DNA from: Phoronis australis | Taxonomy: Eukaryota; Animalia; Phoronida | Assembly: GCA_002633005.1 (NCBI GenBank) | Contig: NMRA01000203.1 | Location: 218,015 to 282,014 of the forward strand | Length of the DNA stretch: 64,000 nucleotides | Reading direction: 5' to 3' | Shown: in pieces, positions 36,301 through 48,000 of the stretch | Layout: every line of letters begins with the position of its first letter | Numbering within the stretch: position 1 is the stretch's first letter | Made by a program: the position numbers and the translations under genes | The notes under the pieces: model-generated | What the model was told of the DNA's origin: nothing | The model's input: the letters and a program-made list of their open reading frames with translations, nothing else | Database searches by the model: none

Positions 36301-39300
36301 TCATTTTGTTCTCAACAAAGGTTTTTTCAAGAATTGTTTGAGGGCAGAACGTTTGTGGACGATATCTAGAGAACTGATAGACGCATTTCAATGAAACTTG
36401 ACTCAGAGGTATATGATGACAGCGCACTGGCACTGGGGGGACTCAACTACTGCAGCACTTCCTAGTTGCNAAACTTGATACAGATATGTGTGATTGCAAT
36501 GAGATGGACTATTCATTTTTGGGGTTATTTGACCATGGCAGCATTGTGAAAAGGGGCTTTCAAGTGTTGTTTGAGGGAAGAGAGTTTGCGGATGATATCT
36601 AGAGAAACAGTTGTCGGATTTCAATGAAACTATATGTGCAGGTGTATGATGATCATGCATAAGCTTCTTGGGATTTGCAGGTGGATTTGATCACTGCAGC
36701 GCTTCCTAGTGGTCATTTTGTTCTCAACAAGGGTTTTTTCAAGACGTTGTTTGAGGGAAGAGTATTTCCGGACGATATCTAGATAACTGATGGATGGATT
36801 TCAGTGAAACTTGACTCAGAGGTGTATGAAAATCGTGTGGAGGCTTTGTGTGATTTGCAAGCGGATTAATTTGACCTCTGCCACGCTTCTTAGTGGTCAT
36901 TTTGTTCTCAACAAAGGGTTTTTCAAGAATTGTTTGAGGGCAGAACGTTTGTGGACGATATCTAGAGAACTGATAGACGCATTTCAATGAAACTTGACTC
37001 AGAGGTATATGATGACAGCGCACTGGCACTGGGGGGACTCAACTACTGCAGCACTTCCTAGTGGCCTCTAGTAACCTGATGTATCGTTGGTGCGTGTCAA
37101 TTCTTTAGCATTGATCTTGTTGTTATAGTGATTTATTGAATAATGCATTTACAAAATCTAAGTTGCCACTGATGCCTTTTGACACAAAAAACTGAATTAT
37201 GCATTTTGATATGTATGATTAATGCGTGCACTCGTTTTCAGCTTTCAGATGACTTCATCAAAACAAATCCAATGAAACAAATTCCAGCTTTAGTTATTAA
37301 TGGGATCACCTTAACACAATCAGTAAGTGTATGACATTTATTTCCACTTTTTCTTATATCACTTTGCAGAGGATCAGTAAAATATCAGTGGGGGGATTTT
37401 AACAAGACAATGGTGACTGATCACAGAAGACCCACAACTCTACTTGTCATTTACCTGTGTATGAAAGTATTTGTGCTTGGCAGTGGGTGACACAGATTAT
37501 GTATCAACTTTTCAAAAACTTTTTTGTGGTGTCCAACTATCCACTGGGCACTGCTGTTAATTGTTTCTTTCGTGATCTAGATGGTATTAGGAGTCCTCAG
37601 TTATGTGTGATATGCATTCATACAACCCTGTACTCTTTTTAATATTATCTTTTGGCCAAAAAGGCAGAATTCATTCTTGTGTGAGTTTTTTGAAAAATTT
37701 TGTGGTGGTGTGATATTTTTTTAGATGTAGCTGACTTAGCAAGCAGCAGAGTTTAAAATCCTGAATTTGTGTAGCTTTTGAAAACAAGTTACTGTTCCTG
37801 AAATTGATGTTCACATGCTCTTTTTCTTTGAGTAGTGGCCAAGGGTGCAAGGGTGCATGTTTGAAAATGAGATTGAGCGCAGATCAGAACCATTTATATT
37901 TTATCCCACAACAGTCAATCTTCTAATAAATTAAACTGCAAAATGTTATTTAATTTTTTGTTCTAGCCTCACATGGTTCTTTTTGTGACTGAAATAACCT
38001 TGTTCAGTGTTTGTACTGCTGTTCTTTTAGATGGCGATCCTGGAATATCTTGAAGAGGTTTACCCTGACCCCCCTCTGTTGCCGAAAGACCCTGAACAAA
38101 GAGCACAGGTATGGACTGTTCAGTTTGCATTTAGTGTTTATAAGTTTTTAATGAGGTGTCGACTGCACTTTCCAAGGTTTCTACCATCTGTGTTGTGCCC
38201 TTTGCCAATCATACCATTTGTGTTGTGCCCTTTGTCAATCATACTATCTGTGTTGTGCCCTTTGTCAATCATACCATCTGTGTTGTGCCCTTTGTCAATC
38301 ATACCATTTGTGTTGTGCCCTTTGTCAATCATACTATCTGTGTTGTGCCCTTTGTCAATCATACTATCTGTGTTGTGCCCTTTGTCAATCATAATAAATG
38401 AGTAAGTATAGGGTAGAGCAACCATTTTTTTTAAGTGCAGGCGGCCTGATACACGTTGTGCCAGATGTGCGCAGGCCTCACATGTGGGCCCATTGCAATG
38501 ATCACCTGGAACCATTTTTATGCTTTATTAATATATGGTTAAAACTGAGCTCAGGAGCTGGAATCCTGACTCAAGTGTCTAGCAGTGTCACCTGGTGGGA
38601 CTCGAACCCACGATCTCGAGTAAAGAAAGTGGGCACTCATCAACCAGGCCACACTGCCTCCTCGAGATCAACCATTGGATATGCTTGTCATTTTAGGTCC
38701 GCGCCATCGCTGAGACAGTCAACTCCGGGATTCAGCCTCTGCAGAATCTATCTGTTCTCAAACATTATGGGTTTGACAAGAAAACAGAATGGGCTCAACA
38801 CTTTATCAGCATAGGATTCCAAGGTACATTTCAGCAGATAATATTGCTATTCTTTGAATATTTTTAGAATGTGACAGAATATTGAAAGCACACCATTATG
38901 TTCTGCACGCTAGTGACACATTGCCATGACTACGTATTCTCTAAACTGACTCCAATATTTCAGGCTCAATGACCATATTAATACATTATTTTTCCAAAAT
39001 GAACCCTTTATGTTCATGCCATTTAATTCCAATTGCTGCTTTTACCATTTTATTTGTAATCTTGTTCCGTCCACCTAGTGTCTGGCATCTGCTGCATCTC
39101 CAAAACCCTTGATAGATTTTCAACAAAGTATGCAGACATGTTCCTGTTATGGATGGGACAGCACAAGCAAATTTTTTGTGCCCCGAAATGACATTTTTTT
39201 CCGTCAGTTACTATATCCATGGGGTTCCTGGAAGTATTGTGAATCATAAAATTTTGAAAGTTAGGTCTCTATTACGAAGATGACAGCACCTTTCCATTTT

Positions 39301-42300
39301 GAGACGGATTCCACATAATTTACGCCTTGTAGTGGTCAATTTTATTAGTCAATTTTGCATCATTCTGCTCCTGTAATTGCCAAACAGCTTAAAGCATCAT
39401 TATGAAATTGCACAGATGTGTTCCAATTGAGACGAACACGCCTGACATTGCTTTTTGGATAGTTCCAGTGGTGCCCCTTGGTGGCAATTTAAGTTTTTTT
39501 ACGTATACCATATCTTTATATCTAACAAATTGAAATTTTGTTGATATTTGGTAAATAGTTTTCTGCATAAGAGCTGACAAAATGCTCTCATTCTTGGATA
39601 GATTCAACATATTCTTCGTCAACTAGTGGCCATGTTTATTATTTTTGCATCTATTTCTGGAGCCCACCTCCCTAAACGCAAAAACGTTTGAAGGATCATA
39701 ATGAAATTTTACAGATGTGTACCTATTGACATTATGGTGGCTGACATAACATTTTGAACGGGCCCAAGTTCTTTTAAGTAAAAGTCCCCCTGATGTCAAA
39801 TTTATTTTTTTTTGTCCACGTCTCAATGTATACTAAGTTGATGGACTTTTATGCGCCCACATATTTATATGTGGACGCATTATGCCGTCATCTCCGTCCG
39901 GGCGGTGTCCATCAGCTGTTCTAGCTCCAAAACTGATTGACGTATGTTCATGAAATTTTGCACATGTGTTCCTTTTCTGGTTGGGACGGCATGGTATATA
40001 GGTATCTATTAGTGAGATGACGATATCCTCTCGTTTTCAAATAGATTCGACGTAGTTTGTGCCACCTAGTGGCCGTTTTTACTGTTTTTGAGTCTGTTTT
40101 TTAGCGTCCACCCCTCTATCACCCAAACCGCTCTTAGCATGATTGTGAAAATTGGCATGTATGTTCTTACTATGAAGAGGACAGTTGACGATGATTTTCC
40201 GACGACTTCGAGTACTGTGGCATCTCCTAGTGGCAGCTTTGTTTTTTTGCGCCTATGGCTATATCTCCTAAATCGTTTGCAGGATCTTTACTAAATTTCG
40301 TAAGTACATTTATATGATGATGACAACGGCCGACAACGACTTTCGGACAGATCTGATTACTGGTATGCCACCTAGTGGCAATTTTATTTTTTTACTATTA
40401 CCTCAGTATCTTTAAAGGTCCTCAACGTATTTTCATAAAATTTGATTTACTGGCTTCTGTTAGTAAGGTGACGCTATCTTTCTGTTTTCAGATAGATTTG
40501 ATTTAGTTTGCACCACCTAGTGGGCATAGTTACTGTTTTTGAGTCTATTTTTTGGCGTCCACCCATCTATCAACCAAACTGCTTTCAGGATAATTGTGAA
40601 AATTGGCATGTATGTTTTTACTATGAAGTGGAGGGCTGATGACTTCGACTACTGTGGCGCCTCCTAGTGATATTTTCATTTTTTGCGCCCATGGCTATAT
40701 CTCCTAAACCGTTTGTAGGATCTTTACTAAATTTAAGATGTGTGTTTATATGATGTTGACAATGGACGACGACGATTTTCGAATGGATCTGACTACTGGT
40801 GTGCCGGCTGGTGCCAATTTTAGTTTTACATTTATTTCAGTATCTTCAAAGGTACTCAACAGATTTTTATAAAATTTTGAATACGGGCATCTATTGGTGA
40901 GATGACGCTATCCTCCTGTTTTCGGATGGAATCAAGGTATTTTGTGTCACCTTATAGCAATTTTTGCTGTTTTCGAGTCCGTCTTTTGGCATTTACCCCT
41001 CTATCAAACAAATGAATGGTTTTGAAAATTGGCATATATGTTCTGAGTATGAAGAGGACAGTTGACAATGACAACTTCGACTATTGTGGCGCCTTCTAGT
41101 GGTAATTGTGTTTTGCTTTGCGCCCATAGGTGTATCTCCTAAACCCACTGCAGACTCTTTTATTAAATTTTATTAGTAAGTGTATTTATATGAAGCTAAC
41201 TACAGACAATGTGCTCCCTAGTGGCAATTTCATTTTATTCTGTTTTCCTTTGTTTTTCTGTTGTCTGTGACGGATTTCTATGAAATTTGGTTTATAGCTT
41301 TCTACGAAATAAGCAATAACATATTCCCGTTTTCGCATGGATTGTACGTTTTTGGGCCATATAGTGGCCATTTTAATGACACAAATAAACAACCCTAGAA
41401 GCACAGCATTTGCGATGCATTTGTGGGCGTATTTCAATGCTCCGCGTTTCTCTTGTCATGAAATGTGGCACAGTTGTTCTTAATGAGGAGAGTATGCCTG
41501 GTGTTTATTTTATGGGGTCCTCTTGTAGCAGTTTACCTTTTTTTGTGTATGGCACAATGTCTACCCATTTTTTGGATAATCACGAAATTTGGCACTTGCC
41601 TTGTTTCAGACAGATTTGCTTTTTCCTTAGTGGTCTTTTTATTTCACACAATACATGATACTAATAAACACTCCTAGGAACATACCATTTGTGGTGTTAG
41701 TAGTAGTTGTGAGTGAATTTCCACGCTTTATGTTGCTCTTGTATTTTTTCAGTGCAAGCTCATCAGAACACTATACCATTTTTTAAAACTGTTTTAGAAC
41801 AATTTTGTTTTTCACTCAAATGTTTAATTTAGTCACATTGTTTTTTGTATGCTTTGTAGCTCTGGAGGAAATGCTGACAAAAACATCTGGAAAGTACTGT
41901 TATGGTGATTCTGTTACATTTGCTGATTTGTTTGTAGTTCCCCAACTTTACAATGCAAACAGGTAAATATCCGTTAAGTCACATTTAACATATTGTTTCT
42001 GTCTGTAGGGTGCATGTTTGCTTAGTCCTTCTATTCATCTAAAGGACACATGAAAATATGATTATTTTAAATTTGTGGTATTAGCTTATTCTGACCATAG
42101 TCAGTTAAAGGGATCCCGGATTTTCAGAACCAGTTTGATGCAGTTGAGAAAACTTGTTCTCAAAATGCACCTAACATATAAGTGAATATTACCGTTATTC
42201 CTATATTAGATGCAAGGTACATATGAATTTTATTTCTGTGATGTTGGCCTATATTTACACCTTTAGGAGGCTTGTGAGGGAGGAATCATGAACATACATT

Positions 42301-42499
42301 TTGTAGGTACATATTCAAGCCCTTTGAAGGCTTTAATTAGAAAGCTGTTGAAACTTTGATTGCTTCTTTTTTCAGGTTTGAGGTAGACATGTCACCATTC
42401 CCCAACATTGTTAGAGTTTGTAACAATGTCTCTGAGTTAGGTGCCTTTATTAAAGCACATCCTTCTCAGCAACCTGACTTTCCAGAACAGTCATGTTAA
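22792..42499 (+). CDS. GSTZ1: Glutathione S-transferase zeta / maleylacetoacetate isomerase, spliced gene, 8 exons, 214 aa
   Basis: 645 nt in frame from ATG to TAA. Zeta signature LYSYYRSSCTWRVRIAL, plus NPMKQIP, SGIQPLQN, YCYGDSVTFADL and AHPSQQPD. Confidence 0.97.
23024..23598. mobile_element. TIR element with 10-bp TSD
   Basis: TIR ctcgctggttccctgcgtgc / gcacgcagggaaccagcgag; TSD agtactgaga at 23014-23023 and 23599-23608. Confidence 0.9.
23960..24560. repeat. Dispersed repeat; inverted homolog at ~58580-58888 plus ~60388-60700
   Basis: For example gtgtcagattttatctgg...tttacccacat is the reverse complement of atgtgggtaaaa...ccagataaaatctgacac. Confidence 0.75.
24676..24820. mobile_element. 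Dimeric short hAT-like element with 5-bp TSD
   Basis: catgggc...gcccatg flanked by tgtag; two ~70-bp internal units. Confidence 0.75.
27057..27108 (+). CDS. GSTZ1: GSTZ1 exon 2 (copy 1)
   Basis: PILYSYYRSSCTWRVRI; tttcag|...|gtgagt. Confidence 0.85.
27395..28100. repeat. Element bounded by ~140-bp direct repeats (LTR/pseudo-LTR-like); also present in copy 2
   Basis: cccatcttgcagagtcttag...gcaaaatagattacgataaa at ~27405-27530 and ~27970-28100. Confidence 0.6.
28102..30556 (+). mobile_element. Degenerate Academ-like DNA transposon (right part)
   Basis: Frameshifted peptides KDLV..LEAKYHRSSCY (~29100-29150), LHCLRANHQ (~29530) and Cys-rich CKTKKNMC...CSCDNCSN (~29670-29770); ends ...accgaCTA exactly at the duplication junction. 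Confidence 0.6.
30557..33143. repeat. Second copy of the ~2.6-kb block
   Basis: Collinear with 25511-28100. Confidence 0.95.
32097..32148 (+). CDS. GSTZ1: GSTZ1 exon 2 (copy 2, inside duplicated block)
   Basis: Same peptide with one synonymous change (ACA/ACG); splice sites intact. Confidence 0.85.
33287..33348. repeat. (CA)n/(CACACG)n microsatellite
   Basis: Directly visible. Confidence 0.95.
33442..33503 (+). CDS. GSTZ1: GSTZ1 exon 3
   Basis: ALAWKNVDYDFRAVHLAKGEQ. Confidence 0.93.
33878..35536 (+). mobile_element. HINE-like element family A, full length
   Basis: 5' tttttatgcccccacatatttatacgtgg; 3' gggcgtatttcaacgctccgcgttgctcttgtt; ~150-bp monomers with cctagtggc. Confidence 0.82.
35760..37071 (+). 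mobile_element. HINE-like satellite element (different family) with ~596-bp duplication around the N at 36470
   Basis: Monomers with gatatctagag and cttcctagtgg; ends ggcctctagt; 35875-36469 is nearly identical to 36471-37060. Confidence 0.6.
37242..37322 (+). CDS. GSTZ1: GSTZ1 exon 4
   Basis: LSDDFIKTNPMKQIPALVINGITLTQS. Confidence 0.95.
38031..38108 (+). CDS. GSTZ1: GSTZ1 exon 5
   Basis: MAILEYLEEVYPDPPLLPKDPEQRAQ. Confidence 0.96.
38184..38392. repeat. 30-bp minisatellite, 7 copies
   Basis: Unit ccatctgtgttgtgccctttgtcaatcata. Confidence 0.95.
38540..38660 (-). mobile_element. tRNA-derived SINE fragment
   Basis: Minus strand ggaggcagtgtggcctggttg (A-box-like) ... gggttcgagtcccc (B box). 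Confidence 0.6.
38697..38823 (+). CDS. GSTZ1: GSTZ1 exon 6
   Basis: VRAIAETVNSGIQPLQNLSVLKHYGFDKKTEWAQHFISIGFQ. Confidence 0.96.
39046..41741 (+). mobile_element. Older HINE-like element interrupted by a family A copy
   Basis: Diverged monomers either side of 39847-41456; 3' end cacgctttatgttgctcttgt. Confidence 0.55.
39847..41456 (+). mobile_element. HINE-like element family A, full length, nested
   Basis: 5' ttttatgcgcccacatatttatatgtggacgca; 3' gggcgtatttcaatgctccgcgtttctcttgt. Confidence 0.82.
41860..41962 (+). CDS. GSTZ1: GSTZ1 exon 7
   Basis: ALEEMLTKTSGKYCYGDSVTFADLFVVPQLYNANR. Confidence 0.96.
42376..42499 (+). CDS. GSTZ1: GSTZ1 exon 8 (terminal)
   Basis: FEVDMSPFPNIVRVCNNVSELGAFIKAHPSQQPDFPEQSC*. 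Confidence 0.96.
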
Positions 42500-42996
42500 T
42501 GGTGAATGTTAATATATATACAAAAGTAATCCTGGTTTCTGTTTATGTGCCAACACAATTCTTTGTAAGGTGCATTTTGCGGTCTTCTTAGTGTTGGTTG
42601 GTGGTGGTGTAGTGGGTGGTCTGTTCACAATTGTTTTGTGGTTATTGTTCTCAAAACTAATTAATGGAATGAAAGGGGAATGCTATTTTTTGGAATTACG
42701 GCGTTTCTGGTCAATTTGGCATACTTTACTTACAGTACTGTGGAAAGTTTTTGAAACGTTTCTGCCAATTTTTGTTAAAGATATAGTTAACACAGTGTTT
42801 GTTTCCACTGTGTAACTTGTACTGCTCTGGTTTTATGCATTGCTGTTAGTATTTATTTATTTTTGAAATTATCCAAAAAGCTATACCTTTGATAATAAGT
42901 GAAATATCCCAAACTGGTCAGAAATGGCTTCAAAACGTAATGCCCCGTTTGTTTGAAATTTTTGACAAATGTGTGTATGTAAAGAAGGATTTTTTT

Positions 42997-43088
42997 CTTT
43001 TATTCAGTCACTTGACAGTACACCCCTTTTATTCAGTCACTTGACAGTACACCCCTTTTATTCAGTCACTTGACAGTACACCCCTTTT
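42997..43088. repeat. 29-bp tandem repeat, 3 copies
   Basis: Unit tttattcagtcacttgacagtacacccct. Confidence 0.9.
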
Positions 43089-43243
43089 TTCTTCAGTTTT
43101 GGCTGTGCATTTGGTGGCTTTTCATTTTTGATGGCCCAATAGAATTCACTAAAATTTAGCTCATTTTCTGAGAGTGGGGAGCGTTTATTTTCAATTTCAC
43201 TCCATTCCATTAATGATAGCTGTTTCATCTATGTATTTAAAGC

Positions 43244-45035
43244 TTTTGATTCGCCCACATATTTATATGTGCATATTGCTGTCATCTCTGTCTGGGCATC
43301 CGGCGTCCGCAGTTGTATCTCCTAAACCCCTCACAGGATTTTGATGAAATTTGGCAGGTGGGTTTTATGAAGCCGACGACAGATGATAGCGAATTTCTGA
43401 CGTATCCAACCACCTGTGTGCCCCCTAGTGGCAATTTTATTTTTTTACGTTTACCTCTGTATCTTCAAAGGTCCTCAACGGATTTTTGTGAAATGTGGCA
43501 CATGGACAACAATTTGTAGAATGCTATCTTGTTTTCAGATGGATTTGAGGTATTTTGCGCCACCTAGTGGCCACTTTTACTGCTCTCGAGTCTGTTTTTT
43601 GATGTCGATTTTCCGATGACTCTAGCTACTGTGGCACCTATTAGTGGCAGTTTTGTTTTTTTGTGCCCATGGCTTTATCTCCTTAACACTTTGCAGGATT
43701 TTTACTAAATTTAGCAAGATTAGTGTATTTATATGATGTTGACAACAACTTTCGGACGGATCTATATGCTGGTGTGCCTCCTAGTGGCAATTTTTATTTT
43801 TGCGTTTACCTCTATCTTCAAGAGTACTTGACGGATTTTCATAAAATTTGGAATATAGGCATCTATTGGTGAGATGATGCTATCCTTCTGTTTTCGGAAG
43901 GATTTGGGGTATTTTGCGCTACCTAGTAGCCATTTTTGGTGTTTTCAAATCTTTTTTTTGTCGTCTGTCCCTCTATCAACCAAACCATTTTAAAGGTGAT
44001 TGCAAAAATTGGCATATCTGTTCTTGGTATGAAGAGGACGGTTGACGATGACAACTTTGACTGCTGTGGCGCCTCCTAGTGGCAGTTTTTTTGCGCCCGT
44101 AACTTTATGTCCTAAACCTACTGCAGGATCTTATCCTAAATGGATTTCAAAATAATATGAGATTTTCACAAAGTCAATTGAAATTGGGTGAAATTCATTT
44201 CAATGTTTGCTTTGCCAAAATAACTTTTAATTAGCTGTAATTAACGTTCAAAAACTCATGTTCCATGTGACAAATGGTATTTTTCAGATGGAACTTTGCA
44301 TTCTCACATGTGACATTTGAATGTTCCATGTTACATTTTTTTCAGCAGTCAGTTGTGCCATGTCATAATACAAGTGGTACATAGCATAAACAGTTCATTT
44401 GTGACGTGGAGTTTTCATACCAAAAAGGGTAATGAATTTTAAAAGGAATTTTGGCAGCTGCAGCAGTTAATGAAATTTATTCTTTTTACAAAACTGCTGA
44501 TATTTTTAAAACATTTTTGTGTTACAACTAATTATCAATAGATAATGTTTAGAACACTTTGGTCACAGATAACCAAAATATCAATAGATGCTAAAAATAG
44601 TCAAACGCATTTTTTACTTTATTTTCATAATTATGATTGACTTGCACTAATTACTTATGATCAAAAAATGTTTATTGTGAGGACTTTCTATAGATTCTAA
44701 GCTATTTCAGGCAATATTGTGAAATTAGCAAGTTTATTCATATGAAGTTGAGAACAGATGACGAATTTTATACGCATCCGACAAACGCTGTGCCCCCTAG
44801 TGGCAATTTATTTTTTTCAGTTTTTCTTTGTGTCTCTGAAGTTTCTTCACAGATTTTTTGAAAATTGGTAAATAGCTTTCTATTAAAGAAACGATGGCAT
44901 GTTTCCGTCTTCAGATGGACATGACGTATTTTGTGCCATCTAGTGGCCATTTTTATGATACAAATTGACATCCCTAGAAGCACACTGTTTGCGGTGCATT
45001 CATGAGCGCATTTCAAGGCTCCGCGTTGCTCTTGT
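43244..45035 (+). mobile_element. HINE-like element family A with unrelated AT-rich insertion (~44140-44722)
   Basis: Family 5' and 3' ends present; monomer sequence resumes after the insert. Confidence 0.78.
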
Positions 45036-48000
45036 TGTAATTTTGAAGGTGCATGGTAAAATTTAACAAAATTCCATTCTCAGTGTTTGCGGTTAAGATG
45101 CCTGGTATCTTAATTGATTCCAAACCCATTCTAGTTGTGAGATTAACATAGCTTTGATTTAGACTATTGAGTGATCTCTAATGGGCATCATTTTTCTTGA
45201 AATGAATCGACTTGTCAAAGTAGAATTGACAAGGTGCATAAGGAGCTTCACATTTCTGAATCCCAATATTGCTCTGGCCAGATAGTGTTCTAACATTAGT
45301 GTCATGTCTTCATGTGTTGTGTTAAAATCTGGATTCGGACTAAAGCAATTGCCAAAGTTGATCTTTCCAAAAGCTTCTAATGTTGATGTGGACACCCACA
45401 ATGATACCTTCGGTACAGAACTTCAAAGTGCTAATAGCATTGTTGTGGTGTTGCTTATTTTTTAGAACAAAATCATCCCTGTTTTGTTCTGAGTTGTTAC
45501 CCTTGTTACATTTTATTCACCCCAGGTAACAAGTGGAACAGATTCTCTTTGCATATCAACACAAGGCTTTGAACATTGCACGTGTTCCTGTAATATACAT
45601 TATTGGGCTAATTCTTCTGAACTGATGGCTAAAATTGTGTGTCAATTGTGTCGTTTCATTAATGGATGTGAATAGTAAGAACTAATCATGCTTTAACTGG
45701 ACAATTTACACAGAAATCTTCTATATCAATTGCTATTTCGACTAGCATTTATGAATGAGCACAATATTTGCTGTCTTGAGTGGTTTTCAAAAATTTGTGG
45801 GAAAGTCCATGTTTACCAGGTTTCTTGGAACCTGTAGCTGACCAAAGTTAGTTCAAAGGCATTTTCACATTATGGCAAATTGGTTTCAGTGTATCCCAAG
45901 TGAACAGGAAATTTTTGTTGTTGCAATACATTGAAGTTTGTTTGGCCATTGCTTTAAGTCCGTTGGTATTCATTGTCGGTTTCTTGCATCCATCCTTCCT
46001 ACATTTGTTTGTTTAATTTGTTTTGTTGTCAGTGACAGTGCTTTAGAAGGTAATCTGACTGAAGTTTATTGTCATTGTCATTATTTAAATGAACATAGCC
46101 AAAAGACAAGTTACAGCTTTTATTTGTTAATACAAATGAACCAAGCTACAACTGGCTACTGTGGGGACTTCCTAGAAATTTTTGTTGTAAAGGAAGTTCA
46201 TTGTATAATCATATCCACTTGTTTTCTGCTCAGCTAGCTAGAGACTTGTGGACTGGAAGTTGTAAACCAGTGTACAATATGAACCATGCATGTAACATGG
46301 TTTGATTGTACTTTTTGTGGCTTATAATTAGCAAGTTTTGAGAATCAGTGGATGATTTTCTGTCCTAAAGTAACTTATGTTTCACTTTTCTAGTGCTATA
46401 GAGGATTGTTAATGTTTGAGAACATTCATGCATTAGGGGTGATATTGGTCATCCTGTGAATGCTAAGTAGGCCTGTAGGTCATCAGCTTCCAGTGCTGGT
46501 CTCCATGATCTTGGTGTCAAATATCGGTCCCATTTTCCTGTGAAAAATATTTTAAAATCTGTGAAATTCCTCTCATCAAACCCCAAATGATTAAAAAAAG
46601 TTCCCCTCAGGGTTACCATCACTTTTTCAAAATGGTAATTTTGGCTTCTTGGAGGATTGGTGATGAGTTGTGGCTAACATCTTGACCAAAAAAAAATCCT
46701 CTCTAAGGCACTGACACCTTTCCTTACTTTATGAAAGTGTCTTACTATTCACCAAATGTTTAGCTGTGCTCAAGCAGCAATCTCTTGGTTGGTGGGTAAA
46801 AGTTTAGTATTCAGGGAACAGTCATGAATGTCAATGAACTTAGCAAAGCACAAATAAAACGTGCCAAACATAAGCCCATTTGATGCAAATTGAAAGGGTT
46901 ACACAACAAGCTTTGCAGTTGTAAAGATACTAAGTTGTTTGGCAGTTCAGTGAACTGTGATGATGGCCTGCACTGTGCATTTGTTTATGCTTTACCTGGT
47001 ATGTCTGTAAACTGAATTGTTCTGTTATGTGAAGATGTCATATATGTGTTGGAACAAAAATTTCTGTTTTTAGCAACTGTAATTAATATATTTCACTTCT
47101 TGTGTTGGGAGATTTTCACTATATCATTGACATGGAATTATGCAACTGTTGTTAAGTGGGACCCTTTGCAAAAATAAATTTTTAATAAATGAATTGGTGT
47201 ACTCTGTCCTCATCCTTGTCAACAATTCTGCCCTTAAAACCTTCTTTAGACCTATTGGGATATCCAACACTTTAGTAACATGAGAAAACACAAGCATAGG
47301 CATGTCATATAGGATACGTGAAATATAGCCTTTAGTTGCCATATAGGTATGACACAAAATAATCAACGAAAGTAGTGGTATTGAACAAAGGTGTGAATAG
47401 AACACTATATGGATTCTCGCTGTGATATAGACAGAACTAAGTCAAGAAGCCTAACCATTCATTACATTTGGCAATTTATGGTATTCCTATGTTCAAGAGT
47501 TATGCTCAGAACAGTTCAATAACCAAATTCAAGCAATTACTAAGCAAATGTGAACGTTTTTAATTAGTGTGCTTTCATCATACAATAGCATTTTTCTCAT
47601 GAACAAGACTTAAATTATATCAGACAGAATATCCTTTTCCTGAGATGTCAACCCATTGGTACTTTCAATAATCACATTCTGTACCTTTCGCTGAACACAT
47701 GTACCTTGTGTCGCTTCTAGGATTGTTAATTTTTTGGTCGGTTTACTTGATGTATCATTCCTCTTTGGCGTTTTGGGGGTCTTGGGCACAACTTGAGCTG
47801 TAAACATTTGCAAAGAGATATCAGTCTTATGTAATTTGGGTACATTTTCATGCGCCTAAATAAATGGATGCCTATTGCCGCCATCTCTGTCCATTGTCTT
47901 GCGACTGTATCTCCTAAACCCCTTGCAGGAACTTTCTGAAATTTGGCACTCCTGTGAACATTATGACGGATGAACAATATTTTCGAATAAATTTGCTTAC

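Noticed and set aside
35875-37060. 596-bp tandem duplication
   Set aside because: Near-identical copies separated by a single N at 36470; likely contig-overlap artefact
38109-38515. Repetitive ORFs including read-through of GSTZ1 exon 5
   Set aside because: Produced by a 30-bp minisatellite; the real exon ends at the donor after 38108
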